Position numbers and translations under genes: made by a program. Under the pieces are notes generated by a model, which had not been told where the DNA came from, ran no database searches, and worked only from the letters and a program-made list of their open reading frames with translations. Below are positions 41,176 to 57,570 of a stretch of 64,000 bases of DNA, piece by piece (the stretch's first letter is position 1; the number at the start of each line of letters is the position of its first letter). Origin of the DNA: the human T2T-CHM13v2.0 reference genome, Homo sapiens; the NCBI RefSeq assembly GCF_009914755.1, contig NC_060927.1; one strand, 5' to 3'.

Positions 41176-41182
41176 ATACACA
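41135..41182. repeat. (CA)n microsatellite
   Basis: About 19 pure CA units plus a degenerate end. Confidence 0.95.
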
Positions 41183-41375
41183 GGACTTTAAATTTTTTAA
41201 ACTCTGTAATTAATATCTTGATATTTGAATATTGCCAAAAAAGTACATCTGAGATCATATAACTTTGTTAAAAGCACACAGCTAATAAATTCCAGGTCTA
41301 CCTGGCTCTGTTAGGAGCATTGAAGGGAAATAACATGAAAAGACATGGAACACATGGACCAAAATAAGAAGAAAT

Positions 41376-41461
41376 AGTATTATCACTCATTCAAACGCTT
41401 GGCAAAAACCTGGCACCCAGTATTATCACTCATTCAAATGCTTGGCAAAAACCTGGCACCC
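41376..41461. repeat. 43-bp tandem duplication
   Basis: agtattatcactcattcaaa(c/t)gcttggcaaaaacctggcaccc twice, one mismatch. Confidence 0.95.
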
Positions 41462-41464
41462 ACA

Positions 41465-41880
41465 CCAACTGTGCTCTTTTCTTCACCCTCTACATCCAAT
41501 CAACAAGTCCCATGATTTCTACCTCTGACATACAGCCAGGATCCTGCTACTTCTCATGTCTCTCCACATCCAGTATCCTGTGAGAAGCTGCCATTGCTTC
41601 CCTTCTTGGTTGTAACAACCACCACCTCATTTGTTCCCCTGCTTCTACTCCTGCCTCTTCTCCCATCCACTCTTCTTTTTTTCCCATCCACTCTTTATAA
41701 GGTATGTAGAATAAACTTTTAATTATGTAAATCAGAAAAAGTCCTCTGCTTAAAATGGCTCAAGAATTTCTTTCTGCACTTGTAATAAAATGTTACACTT
41801 TACCATGATTCATAAAGCTCTATGTAGTTAGTCTCTCCTTTGCTCACTAAGTCCATCTGTGTCATCCTTCACATATTTCC
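41465..41880 (+). mobile_element. L2 fragment
   Basis: acatccaatcaacaagtcccatgatttctacctc...atgtaaatcaga...cttaccatg. Confidence 0.7.
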
Positions 41881-42819
41881 TTGAAAATATTTAGATATCC
41901 TTCTACAGAGTTGTTGTTTTTTTTCCTGTGAATTTCATTTTGGAAAAGGAAACACCAAAATCACCACATGATGGAGATCCAATGGCACAGAGAAGGCTGG
42001 TTGTTCTTTAAAAAAAATATTCTGGAAAGCACATTTGAACCTGAAACAGATATCGCATTCTCACCCAAGTCTGCTTTCCATAAGGTACTGTTCAGTGGGG
42101 GAATACAGACTTCTCTGTAGCTAAAATCATTACTTCTGACAACTCATTGAAAGTTTAAATCTTTTCCTATCCCTGCATTTACCATGTTACTGCCAATATG
42201 GCAATAGATTCACCTTAGAGCTAACACCCAGAAAACTCCTAGAGGAATATTTTTTGTTACTTGTAGGTATATTTAGATTGCAGCTGTGTTACCTAGAAAC
42301 TAAATTTGGGTGTTTTTAATTCACATTTTAATATCAGCCAAGTCCCCCTGTAATCCACATCATGTGCTGCAAAGGAAATGAAGTCATAGCCAGAGGAAGC
42401 TTCTCAAAAATATCCTTCCAAAATGAATTTTAAACAATACACACATGGTTCTTAATTATTTTATAATAATAAGCAGGGATAGTACAGAGTCCTCAATTAA
42501 CCTTTGGACTCCTTTTTGAGTTTTGTTACTCTTATAGTACCTCTGAATTCGCCCCCTGCAAAGGAATCTTTTATAGGCAATCTGATATTTAGCTTCTCCT
42601 GTATCTCATTTTTAATCATGAATATTAAGACGATGTTTAAAAAAGTGATGGTTTTTAGTGGTTTTAATGTTAATGGTTATCTAGCTTTCCAAAGACAATG
42701 CTTAAATCACTCCTTAATAATCCACATTTCCTTGCTTTCAGAAGAATTCATGAGATTCCTGATCTCCTTGCACCCTTCAAATCGATTATCAAATTTACTT
42801 TTTATCCTGTTTAAATTTC

Positions 42820-43065
42820 AATCATCATCCCAAACTTTGGATTTTCCTAACTTTTCTCTATATTTGTTTTCCCATAGTAATTACTATCTTCTAACATACT
42901 ATATAATTTATTTATTCATTTGTTATGTTTACTGCTTGTCAAGCTATTCTACAATCTAAACTCCATGAAGCCATGGTCTTTGGATGCATTGTATTCTGAA
43001 GTCTTCTCAGCATCCAGAAGAGTGTCTGATACACGGAAAGCCCTCAATAGATATTTTTGAGAATA
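42820..43065 (+). mobile_element. L2 3' end
   Basis: aaactccatgaag...agagtgtctgatacacggaaagccctcaatagatattt. Confidence 0.7.
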
Positions 43066-44139
43066 ATTTTTTTTTAAAAAATCAAAAAATATATTAGGCA
43101 ATTTTCAGCCTATGGGAAGATGTTTTTCGAGGTATTTAAAGAAGGTATATTTCAATTCTTTATTTCCCTAAATACACAAAGAAGATTAACAAGTACAGGA
43201 TTTAGATATTTTTCGAGCAATTTAAAAAATAGTACTTAAGCTTTAACTTCAAATGCTCTCATACAGAATTTCAATTTATAATATATTTGTCACAGAGAAT
43301 CTATTTCTCTCTCCTCTTCTGCTGAACTCTGTAGTAGGTACTCCCCTGATTATGCTGTTCCTCTGAGGTACCTGCCCTGACAAGAGTTGTAGGTGAATTA
43401 CACTAACACCTTCGGGCTCCATGAGCTGTTTATCAACCTTCTTCTGGAAAACAGTAAGGCCTTCAAGTTTCAAGTCACCTTCACTGAATGCCCTCTGCAC
43501 CAGTCAAGGGGCATAAAGAGTCCCCATCAAGCTAATTTGTATTCTGTTCTTCCTTTCCTCATAGTGTTTACACTTTTCACCATTTCCTCTATCTCCACGC
43601 TGTTCAAAATGTGGTTCTTGCAACAATGCTCCTTCTAAAAACTCTAGCATCAGGAAGATGGGACTTGGCTCCATACATTTTAATATGTTCCCCACATGAC
43701 ACTTAAGAAATCGGATATTTGAGAACCAACTACAGTATTCTTAAATCCAAAAGGACCTACATTCCAGTAAATACAAAATCAAGTGACTTATAAATCAAAA
43801 ACAGATGGATTGATTTTTTTCAACTCAATGTGGCATTAAAACATATCTGTCAAAAAGTAATTTAAAAATAGTTAGTCACCCAACCAAATAAGCATACTCT
43901 TGTCCTTATTTTCACCTACCAAGTGATGCTTTCAGTTTTTCTGATTTAAATTTCCTCTTGTCATACTTCACTTCCTCATAATGAAAATGAATTAGAAAAT
44001 GAAATGAAAATGAAATTCCTTTCATTTTCTAATTCATTTTCAGTATGATGGATCTCTAGTATGCAGGGATCTATAGATAATCCTCCTGTTTTTGGTTTGT
44101 TTATTTTTGGTTTTGTTATTGTTGTTGTTTTATAGTCTA

Positions 44140-44548
44140 TCTATAATCGTGTTAGGGATGCCATAACAAAGTGTTAGAGACAGAGTGGCTTAAACAACAG
44201 AAATATATCTTCTTACGGTTCTGAGGCTGGAAGTTCAAGATCAAAGTGTCAGCAGGTTTGGTTTCTTCTAAGCCTTCTCTCCCTGGCTGTGATTGGCAAT
44301 CTTCTTCCTGTGTCTTTATGTGGTCTTTCTCTGTACCTGCATACAGATTTCCTATTTTTATAAAAGCACCAGTCATATTGGACTTGGACTCACCATAATA
44401 ATTTCATTTTAATTTAAAGACCAAACACTCTCCAAATATACAATTTATACATGGAAGTCCTAACCTTTCATAATTACGTGGTATGTGGTATGAGGGGTTA
44501 GGACTTCCATGTACAAATTTTGAAAAAACACAATTTGATCGATAAAAC
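44140..44548 (-). mobile_element. MaLR LTR (MLT1A/B-like)
   Basis: gccataacaaag...tggcttaaacaacagaaat...gaggctggaagttcaagatcaaagtgtcagcagg. Confidence 0.8.
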
Positions 44549-45014
44549 TACCACAGCTTTCACTAACAAGCTTGCAGTTAATGGTTTGTCACTACTATTT
44601 TTTCCAATATCTGCACATCTTTTCCCATTGCCTTACTATCACAGTGACTGGGAAAATCCTAACTGATGAATCCAACTTTCCACCTTTTGCTGGACTGCAT
44701 CTAAGTAGCTCAGTGACTTGAAAGAATTTGATAAAGATGCAGATTGATACCATGATGAATTATCAGATTATAATTTTTGCAGCCCTCTAATATAAAACTT
44801 ATAAGCTTACTAGATTCTATACCCATTCTCTTTTTATGTTGTTATCATGAAAGAATTACCTCTTCATGTCTAAAGCTAATAGTTTTGTGTTCTTGATGTT
44901 TAACAATCTCACTCTTATTTTAATATTTTAATTCAACTTTCCTTTATCTAGCATCCTGTTTTCATGAGGAGTTTCACAATTAAACATGTGTAATCCCTTC
45001 TTACGTAAAAATAC

Positions 45015-45520
45015 TTATCAATATTTAACAAATATTGATTTAGCCCTGTGTGCCAGGCAGTCTTCCAGGCATGGCAATGCAATGCACCAGTGTGCAAGAC
45101 ACAATGACCACTCCCAAATAATTTAGATTCCATTAGAAGGAAACAGCTAACAAAACCAAGTCATATATAAGAAAATGTATGACAAAGCATTAAATAGTGT
45201 ATGGAGGAAAATAAGAGTGTGTAAGGGAAAGAAATAAAGTACACTATTAGGGAGGATGGTTGAAGATGTTCTCCAAGGAGGTGACTTTTTAGGAAAGATT
45301 TGGATTAGTTGAAGGAGTGAGGCCTTCACTCCTTTAGAAAATTCCAAACAAAGGAAATAGAAACTTCCCTCAGGAAATACTCTTGGAATGTTTAAAGAAC
45401 AGCAATCAACTGCAACAATGAATGTGAGAAAAGGATGTTGGAGATGCAACTGAGGGTCAGACAGTATAGGGCATTATGAGCCATTGTAAAGATTTTAAAT
45501 TTGGCCCCATATGTGGTGGA
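45015..45520 (-). mobile_element. L2 fragment
   Basis: atttaacaaatattgatt...tgtgccaggca...gccattgtaaagatttt. Confidence 0.65.
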
Positions 45521-46218
45521 AGGTTAAATATAGTGTGCATTTTTCTACATTTTTATGATTATATTTGACATTGGCAATACTTTGAAATTTATATACAGGA
45601 AATATTTTATCCCTATTACAATAACACACATATATGTATATGAGTATGTGTGTATATTTTGTTGTACAAAAATCTTTTATATGTCTGGTTGGATAACTCT
45701 TTTCCTTTGTTATTAATATGAAGAGTTGTATTATTAATTTTTCAATGCTAGTCCACTAAAGCATAATTGAAATGCTTATATTTTACTTTAATACATTTTT
45801 TAATCCATTGACTTCTCTTTCTGATTTTTAAATGTGTATTTAGAATGCATTCTTTTTCATTATCTGGGAAAACATACAAGTCACGCTCTTGAACTTTCTT
45901 TAAAGAATTCACCCTAAATAATTGTTATTCATAACTTTATGAATCCCATTTAATCTATAACACAGAGCATTCGGCATTCAATAGAAAATTAATCCATGAA
46001 TTGACTGCAACTTTGCACTTTTTAAAGGCTCATTTGAGGTAATTGAAAAGAAAACAAATCTAAGGCATGTGCATTACCTATCTCAGTCAGTTCTTTAAGC
46101 TTAACTCTTATAGTTTAGTAGGTTATTAGGAACAAATGACCATTAAGCACATTGTTCTGACTTCCTGAAGAATTAATGACATTCTGTCATTATTTTGAAA
46201 TAAGAAATACCCATTTGA

Positions 46219-46562
<344 letters not shown>

Positions 46563-46592
46563 TTATTTGTAATGTTAAAAAATAACAACATA

Positions 46593-46626
46593 GGCCGGGT
46601 GCGGTGGCTCATGTCTGTAATCCCAG
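46593..46626 (+). mobile_element. 34-nt Alu 5' stub
   Basis: ggccgggtgcggtggctcatgtctgtaatcccag, then an abrupt stop. Confidence 0.85.
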
Positions 46627-46634
46627 ACGTGATA

Positions 46635-46980
46635 ACATAAAATTCCAGGTTACTTATAAACCCTCCCATAATTTATCAAACCTTATGGAGTTCCCAGTAG
46701 CTCCTTTATAATATACATACTTGATGACTATTTTTTTCAGCATTGGAAATTCAATGAATTGATAGTAATCTAAATGCCTGTATTACTGACCCATCCCCCT
46801 GGAGATATTTTTATTTACTTTAAAAAGTGGCTTATAAAATTAATTACAGATAAAATAAAGTACCACTTGGGAAAATTTAGTTATCGTACTTGATATTGAA
46901 TACAGGTCCTGCTTATGTAACAAATAAAAAAATATATAAAAATCCCACTTTCAGAAATACCAAGCTTATCTTGAGATTTA
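46635..46980 (+). repeat. Left arm of inverted duplication (continues at 49056-49070 after the L1)
   Basis: Reverse complement of 49778-50140; about 11 substitutions and a few indels by eye. Confidence 0.95.
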
Positions 46981-49347
<2,367 letters not shown>

Positions 49348-49487
49348 TAAAATAAAACCAAAAATGCTTTTTGGAGAATGTATGTGCATCTTTAAAATGG
49401 TAAATGAAGACATTCACATTTTATTCAAATATATGTATGTACCAACTTACCCTACTTTTGAAGAACTTTGTGTCATGAAACATTTTT

Positions 49488-49776
49488 TATTTTTTTTGAG
49501 ACAGAGTCTCGCTCTGTTCGCCAGGCCGGAGTGCAATGGTGCAATCTAGGCTCACTGTAACCTCCGCCTCCTGGGTTCAAGTGATTCTCCTGCCTCAGCT
49601 TCCTGAGTAGCTGGGACTACAGGCCCCTGCCACCACGCTCGGCTAATTCTTGTATATTCAGTAGAGACGGGGTTTCACTATGTTGGCCAGGATGGTCTCG
49701 ATCTCTTGACCTCGTGATCCACCCACCTCGGCCTCCCAAAGTGCTGGGATTACAGACGTGACCACTGCGCCTGGCC
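49488..49776 (-). mobile_element. AluSc
   Basis: gaggtcaagagatcgagaccatcctggccaac on the minus strand; TSD aaactgtttc / aaaatgtttc. Confidence 0.9.
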
Positions 49777-49777
49777 C

Positions 49778-50140
49778 GAAACAGTTTAAATCTCACGATA
49801 AGCTTGGTATTTCTTAAAGTGGGATTTATATTTTTTTTTATTTGTTACATAAGCAGGACCTGTATTCAATATCAAGTACAATAACTAAATTTTCCCAAGT
49901 GGTACTTTATTTTATATGTAATTAATTTTATAAGCTGTTTCAACTCACTTTTTAAAGTAAATAAAAATATCCCCAGGGGGGATGGGTCAGTAATACAGGC
50001 ATTTAGATGACTATCAATTCATTGAATTTCCAATGCTGAAAAAAATAGTCATCAAGTATGTATAAAGGAGCTACTGGGAACTCCATAAGGTTTGATATAT
50101 TACAAGAGGGTTTATAAGTAAGTAACCTGGAATTTTATGT
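49778..50140 (-). repeat. Right (inferred donor) arm of inverted duplication
   Basis: Reverse complement matches 46635-46980 plus 49056-49070. Confidence 0.95.
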
Positions 50141-51299
50141 CTTGCCTTTATATGGAAAGTATAATTAGATGTCATTACATAATATTTAAGTATTGAAATA
50201 TTTTGAAGAAAGGAGAGATGGGTTTTTCAGGGAGACTCCATAAAACTGCAAATAATTTAAGGTGGCCAAGAAGAAAATAAAATTGAATTAAGATATGTAA
50301 ACATATTCTCAGTAGCTGAAACAATATAAGGAAAACAAAGTCTACGTGCTGTTTGTAGGACAATGTAGACATGAAGGTGAATATTTATATCTGAGTGAAT
50401 TTCTGGTGAGCTAAGTAAGGAACTGGGCCTTCAAATTGATGCCGCCTGTGACAGACAACACATTAAGCTGTTCTTCAATTGATACTTTTTTTTTTTAGTT
50501 ACTATATGTGAAAGTTCATCAGGCCATCTTTATGCACTGTAGAATTCAAAATGCAAACTAACTTTACTTTTAGCGGAAACATATTTTTTTAACTTAGGGG
50601 GTTAACTTTCAGAGGCCCAAATCCTTTCTGATTAAAAAAAAAGAATAGTCTATTGCCAAATCGTAAGCATTCACTGAAAAATGAGTTCCATATGCTGTTT
50701 CTATGAGTGTCGATATCAGGTATGAGGTCATGGGGCACTGTAGAAATTTAATCTAGAAAAGGGCATGGCACAAATAAGTAGAGAGAATCAGTATCAGCTG
50801 GGTCTGAAATGGCTCCCAGTTGAGCATCTGAGTGCATTCAGTTTTGCTTGTGACTGCACTTACATACTTTTCCTGTAATATTTGTCCTTCCCCTATTGTC
50901 CCATTCTCCATGACAGATATCAAATAGCATAAACACATTTGGAAGAAAGAATAAGTCTTTTGTTTTATAACTAAACATTAATCTGCAAATTATAGCATTT
51001 GTTTCCTGTGTTGGTTCCATAAGGAGTATCCTAATAGACTCATAATAGACTGCCATTAACTCATCAGCAAAAAGTAAGGTGCCTACAGTAGAATAAACTA
51101 TTATATTACAATTAAGTAAGTCCAGTGGACTCATTGGTACTTCCACAAAATTATACTCAAATGCTTGATTATGAAAATCATTGAAGGGGGACCATAATTA
51201 AAATATCTCTCTGTCTCTAGCAAGGAGGAATGCTTCCAGAAAAGCAATATGGCTTTCATATACAAACTTTTTGTTTTATGATTCAAAAACTATTGTTTT

Positions 51300-51900
51300 C
51301 TCAAGTGGGAAACAATTTTGAGAGCTTACTATGCATCAAGCATTTGTAAATTGCTAATGTCAACAAAGTTTAAAGCAGTGCTTTACCCAAGGAGAGGAAC
51401 TTCCAGTGATGGCAGATAGATGAACATTTAGCATTTACTCTATGTCCGTGGTTAGAAGCACAGGGTTCTGCCAGATTCCACAGAATCTATGAAGGTTAGA
51501 AAGCAGAGGTTAAGGAAGGTTTTTAAGAGAGAGCAATAACTGGACTCAGGATTTGAGGATGTGCAGGATTTAAAACACGTATAGTGGTTATGTTTACCAC
51601 TCAAGAATGGTTGATGAGATGAACCCTAATATCTTTCAGGCAGAGAAAGTCAGCATGTTGAAGTCACAAGAGAGAGGACATGCAAAGTGGGCTAAGAACA
51701 GGTACTTTATTGTGAGAAGCATAGAGTGTCAGTGACACACGGGTGAGGAGACCCTGGACAGCCAAGCAGGGCATGGGAATGCACATGGGGCTAGTTCTAA
51801 GGAGTGGGAGTCTATGCTGTAATCAGTGAAGGCCGCTAAAGAATTGTAAGCAGAAGAACGGCAGAATCAGATTTCTATTTTAAAAATCAGATGCATGGTC
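51300..51900 (-). mobile_element. L2 fragments
   Basis: tttgagagcttactatgcatcaagca...taagcagaagaacggcagaatcagattt. Confidence 0.55.
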
Positions 51901-53061
51901 ACTTTTAGAGCAGAACCTTTCTCTATTAATCTTTCAGAAAGAGATAATTGACTCCTTAATTACAAAGGACCTCCTGGTAGGAATGTTATCTTCTTTCCTA
52001 GTAGTTCAAACAATCTTATAGATATTATGACCTAATTTTTTGTTAACATTACCGTGATTTCATCTATTTAGCTGTGTTTTATGTCTTCAGACTCATGATT
52101 TGTGCTGGGCTTTGTACCAGATAGATTAAATATGTGGAATTTACCATACAAGAGTGTTTTTGAACCTGAGATGAAATGTTCACCAGATTTCCAAACCAAG
52201 TGCTTTCATGTAATTGCCTAAGTGCCTGGAACTCAAGATTAAAAGAAAAAAAATCAAGCCACCTCTTTTGAAATCTGTGAAGAGGCACGGTTAATCACAT
52301 TTTCCTAGTACCTGGGCTTTTGGAAATGTGATATTTTAAGTTCGTGCTTTACCGACTTGACAATTTACAAATTACCTTTCAATAAAAAAGAAATATATTG
52401 GATATCTCTGCCCTTGCTAGCTCTCTGTACCCTTAAGTAAAATAGCTTGAGTTGCTTCTATAATGAGACAGCTCAGAGATTTCTGTGTTGCTGTATGAAT
52501 TTACAGAGAAAATAAAAATAAACATCCAAAAGGATAATTCTTATTCAGCCCATTTTGCCAATTGTATCAGTCATGTTTTTGAAATACAAATGTGAATATG
52601 GTATTCTTGGTCAAAGGCAATAATTTTCTTTCCAGGCACATGTATTGATCAGTGTTTTTTCTCTACTAAAAACATTTTTATTGCCCAGCATCTTCTAGAG
52701 CCAACACTTTTGCTCTCTCCTCAGTTGGTTTGATAAAACTTCCCACTTCAAATTACATTTAGGAATAATCTACACCTCATTCCCCAAAAATATCTAGTGC
52801 TATAGGCTTCAAGCTGTTTGGAAATACGACTTCTTATTGTTTTCTTTCTACTTTCTCCATTGTAGATAGAAAACAATGTTTGAATCAGTAACACTCGTCA
52901 GATTAAGTTAATACACAAATTTGTAGAGTGCTTATTATGCTTCAAGTAGACTCTAAGCCCTTTCCATATGTCTTGTTAACTTATGTAATCCTTACAATGA
53001 GCCTATAAGGGAGCTATTACAATTATTGGCATCACAGAAGAAAACACTAAGGCAAAAAGGT

Positions 53062-53255
53062 AAGTAATATACATACATATAATATATATATGTTATATAT
53101 GTAATATATACCATATATAAGTAATATATATTATATAAGTTATATACAAGTATATGTTATATATGTGTATATATAAGTTATATATAACATATATGTATAT
53201 GTATATATAAGTATATATAAGTAATAAGTTAAGTAATATATACGTTAAGTTATAT
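53062..53255. repeat. (TA)-rich low-complexity tract
   Basis: Degenerate tatata/aagt repeats. Confidence 0.85.
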
Positions 53256-53377
53256 TAGAGGCAGAGTCTAGCTATGTTGCCCAAACTAAATGCCAGTTCC
53301 TGCCTGAGCTTTAAGTATCCTCTCAACTCAGCCTCCAAAGTGGCTGGGGCTATGGGCACATACCACCACTCACAGCT
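53256..53377 (-). mobile_element. Alu monomer (FLAM-like)
   Basis: agaggcagagtctagctatgttgccc...ctcagcctccaaagtggctggg. Confidence 0.7.
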
Positions 53378-53959
53378 GCATCACTATGTACCCCATAAGT
53401 ATGTTCAATTATTATGTCAGTTAAAAAATAAAAATAAATAAATTGGAAATGCAATTAAAAAAACCCTAACTTGCTCAAGTTTACACAGAACGTAAATGAA
53501 GAAACTCAGAAACTAGCTCCACTGTCTGTGCTCCTAAAGGCTATTCTAATACTGAAAATGGAACTTATTTGTCACCTTCTTATTCTCAAGTACAGCAACC
53601 ATCAGAATAAACAGCATATAAATTCACATTTTCCAATGAATATTGGCTTGCCCTACTAACATTCAGATTTTTCCTTTTTTAAAAAACTCAGTATATACCA
53701 AATAGAAAAACAAATTATGGTCTCATTTTCCAACAAGGCAAAAACTGTATTTAGTTGTGCATGTGTAATTTTAAACAGATTGGAGATAAACCTTCTTATT
53801 TAGTTCTTGAAAATTTCACAAGACATGCATTGAATTAAATCAATCTTGTTGATTTGGACATAGAAATTTGCTTTTAACCACACACACAACACATGTAGGT
53901 TTACCATTAATACTTTACAAACACACACAAATTTATTTGCAAGGAAATTTCCCATGTAC

Positions 53960-54130
53960 TTTCTGAGGTCATCTTGTCAATAACACTCTTGAGCAGACAG
54001 TGAAGTTACTATCACCTCCTTTATATACAGGTAGAAACTGAAGTTCAAATAAAGAAAGGAACTTGTCCAAGGTCACCCGCTAAATGAGTTGCTGAGGCAA
54101 TATTTAAACTTCAATGTTCGAGGTGCTAAT
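53960..54130 (-). mobile_element. MIR
   Basis: tatacaggtagaaactgaag...aacttgtccaaggtcac. Confidence 0.7.
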
Positions 54131-55582
54131 TTACTCCCACAAAACCAGACATTTTCCAATACAAGTTATATAACCTCTAATCTTTTCATGACTTTATTTC
54201 TCTTTTTTTAGCTCACATATTTAAAATATATCTGGTGAGCTCATGGTGTTGATTTTATTTGCTCCAGCGGTCATGCTTCACCCATAGATTTTCATGCAGG
54301 ATTTGGATGTTATGAGATTTGAAGCACTTACATTTTTGTTTTCCTGAAGACTCATTTTTTTTTTCCCCTTGCCTGCTATCAAAACCTCATGTTAACCCTT
54401 CAAATTCAGACTTAAAATCTGTGGGATTTAGCTTATTTTTTCAACCTAATCGTAAGTACTTAGTATGACATAGGGTACACAAATAGTAATAAATTGTAAT
54501 TTTGTATTTGTCACATGATAGAATCATTAAAGCTCACCTAACTCTAATGTTTACAAGCTTTTTTTTTCTTGATTAGTTTATCAAACAGGTTTCGTTCAGC
54601 TTCACCATTCCATGTCCTATGGAATTTGCTTTTTCTTTGGTTATTCCTATGAAAATGCCAAAATGCTATGGAAATATGCTACTGATACTGTAATCCACGT
54701 AGCTGTTTATGTGTTCAGACAAACCCTTATGGGAGCAGACACTCAGCACTCTGATTATAGTGATGTTATTCACATGCAGAAACTCACTAAGATTTTTGCA
54801 TTTCTTCATTCAAAAATTATTTCATCTTCTTATTAATAAACTTTGGCATCTTATGTTACCCTGGATTGTTCAAAATTTTTCTGGAGAGAGAAGTAGAAGT
54901 GTTTGCCACTGACATTTTCTGGTAAAAATGAAAGATACACTGCATTAGGGAAGGGATGTCATAGCAATGTGTACTAGACTATGCTGGGGTTTATTTAATG
55001 TTCGGCATTACTGAGAGGACATAATTAAGGACAATGTAGACCATTCAGACAAGTTTCTACCCTTGGGTAATGAACACAAAATTCTCTTCTTTTTCTTTCT
55101 TTTCTAAAACCTGTCACCAAGGTATTTTTAGCTCACCAAAAGTGAGTGATTCTGCTCTCTGAGCGAGTGGCTCATACTCTATACTGTGGAAAATGCTATT
55201 TATTATTGATTCTGCTATGCATATTCTATGGAATATAAAACACTCTAAATTTTCTACTGGTGCCATTGGCACAATACAGAAGAGAACTTTTTAAAAGGAA
55301 AACATTGCCTCATCTATAATAAATTAATAACAACCCAATGTGGGATTTTTTAAAGTAACTAAATGCATTCCAGCTATTTTTGAAGAGATTTTAAGCTATA
55401 TGCAAATACACAGTTCTAAAAATTTCAATTTGGGGATTAGCATTTTGACACTTTTTCTCCCACAGGTTATGCTTGCCCTACCTAAAGTGTTTATATTTTC
55501 TCTGACATTCTGTATATGAACAGACAGGAAATAATTAACTCTCATTTATAAAGTGTTTTATAGTTTACAATTTTGTGTTTTA

Positions 55583-56113
<531 letters not shown>

Positions 56114-57534
56114 TTAACTTCTATCTGCTTATTCCTTCCCTGCACAACATGTTCAGACATATACTTCATTCAACCCATCTGTTTCTTAAACTTGCCTTCT
56201 GATACTTTGCTGTTAGATTATTTCTGTGTCTCCTGGCTCCACTGAATTTCTCGAACCCCATCACTACTCTTGGTCCTCAAGATAAGTGAGATAGAAAGTC
56301 ACAGATAAAGCAAGTAAAGAAGAAACTAGGTCTCTGTCTCCATGTTGTCTGTCTCTATCCTCAGAGTTATATCAAGAGAAAGTAGAACCACAGTATTCCT
56401 ATACCTGTATCTGCAGGGCAAGATAGGGGTTCTAAAGTCTTGGGGTTCTGACACATTTTTAGTATCTGCTGGATGTGTTAATATTTGCAAGTCATATGAG
56501 CCACCCTGGTTCTCATTCTACTGATAGGAAATGTTAATAATCCCTCATTTTCTGACAAAGTTAATATAAGACACAAATGATCTGTGAAAGTGAGTATTTT
56601 TTTGCTTTATAAAGCTCTATGTAAGGATATATCAGCTACTGTAATTATTATCGTAGACTTCCCCAGAGCAATCAGTGGCCATTGCTTATTGCTAGTGGAA
56701 AAAAAAAAATGTGAAGCCACAATGAATCTGAAGACATATACAAAATCTGAAGACATGTGCAAGCACTGGATCAGCAAGCAATGATCTCTGTCATCATTAA
56801 TCTATTCCACACTTTAACCTCTGATTTACCTGTTGTCTCACCATTCATCAGGTAAGTCTTCTTGTTGTGCTATTTCTTTGCCAAGCTTGGGCACAAGATT
56901 ACTTAAGATGCCTAAAAATCTAAGCATCTTGAGTCAAGCTGTCCTAAATATACCAGGGGGTCAATCCTCAAGAGATCTTAACACCTCCCAAGGTGGCGCT
57001 CAAGTTCTCAGCTAACTGCAAATTTACTAATCTCCAAAACTTCTGAACTTTTCCTTGAGTTAAAGTTCTCTTTCTTTCCAGACTTAAAACACCATCTTCA
57101 AGTCCCTTTCCATGTGGATCTCCTATCATCATCTTTTTAAGGTATTTTGTCACTTCAAATCAGGTTCTGTTTTTTTTTATCTTTTATTATTATTTTTGTA
57201 CAAGCTACTAAAGGAGGAAAATAGTAGTAACCTGATTGCCTTCTTGTAAAGGTAGAAGAGAGAAATGTAGGAAAGATAAAAAAAAATAATTAAAGTGTCA
57301 ACAGCTACATGTATAATTAAGGACTAGAGGATAAATAATAAAAACACCAAATAAAGTTGCCTGCCTGCCATCCTGGTTTGCAGAAAGGTGCTCACTAATA
57401 TTTTGGCTTGATGGTAAGTTCCCTAATTTTTATACCAAATTTTGCTTATAATACCTGCTATAAAAAGAGGATAGCATCACAGTCAATTAGGTCAGAAGTA
57501 TGCATGATAAAGTTCATGGTGGGAGAGAAAAACT

Positions 57535-57535
57535 G

Positions 57536-57566
<31 letters not shown>

Positions 57567-57570
57567 GAAG
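57535..57570. repeat. (GA)n microsatellite
   Basis: gagaaagagagagagagagagagagag. Confidence 0.9.

Noticed and set aside
42504-42959. 151-aa ORF
   Set aside because: It has a non-ATG start and the F/L/I/S-rich composition typical of AT-rich non-coding DNA, and it overlaps an L2.
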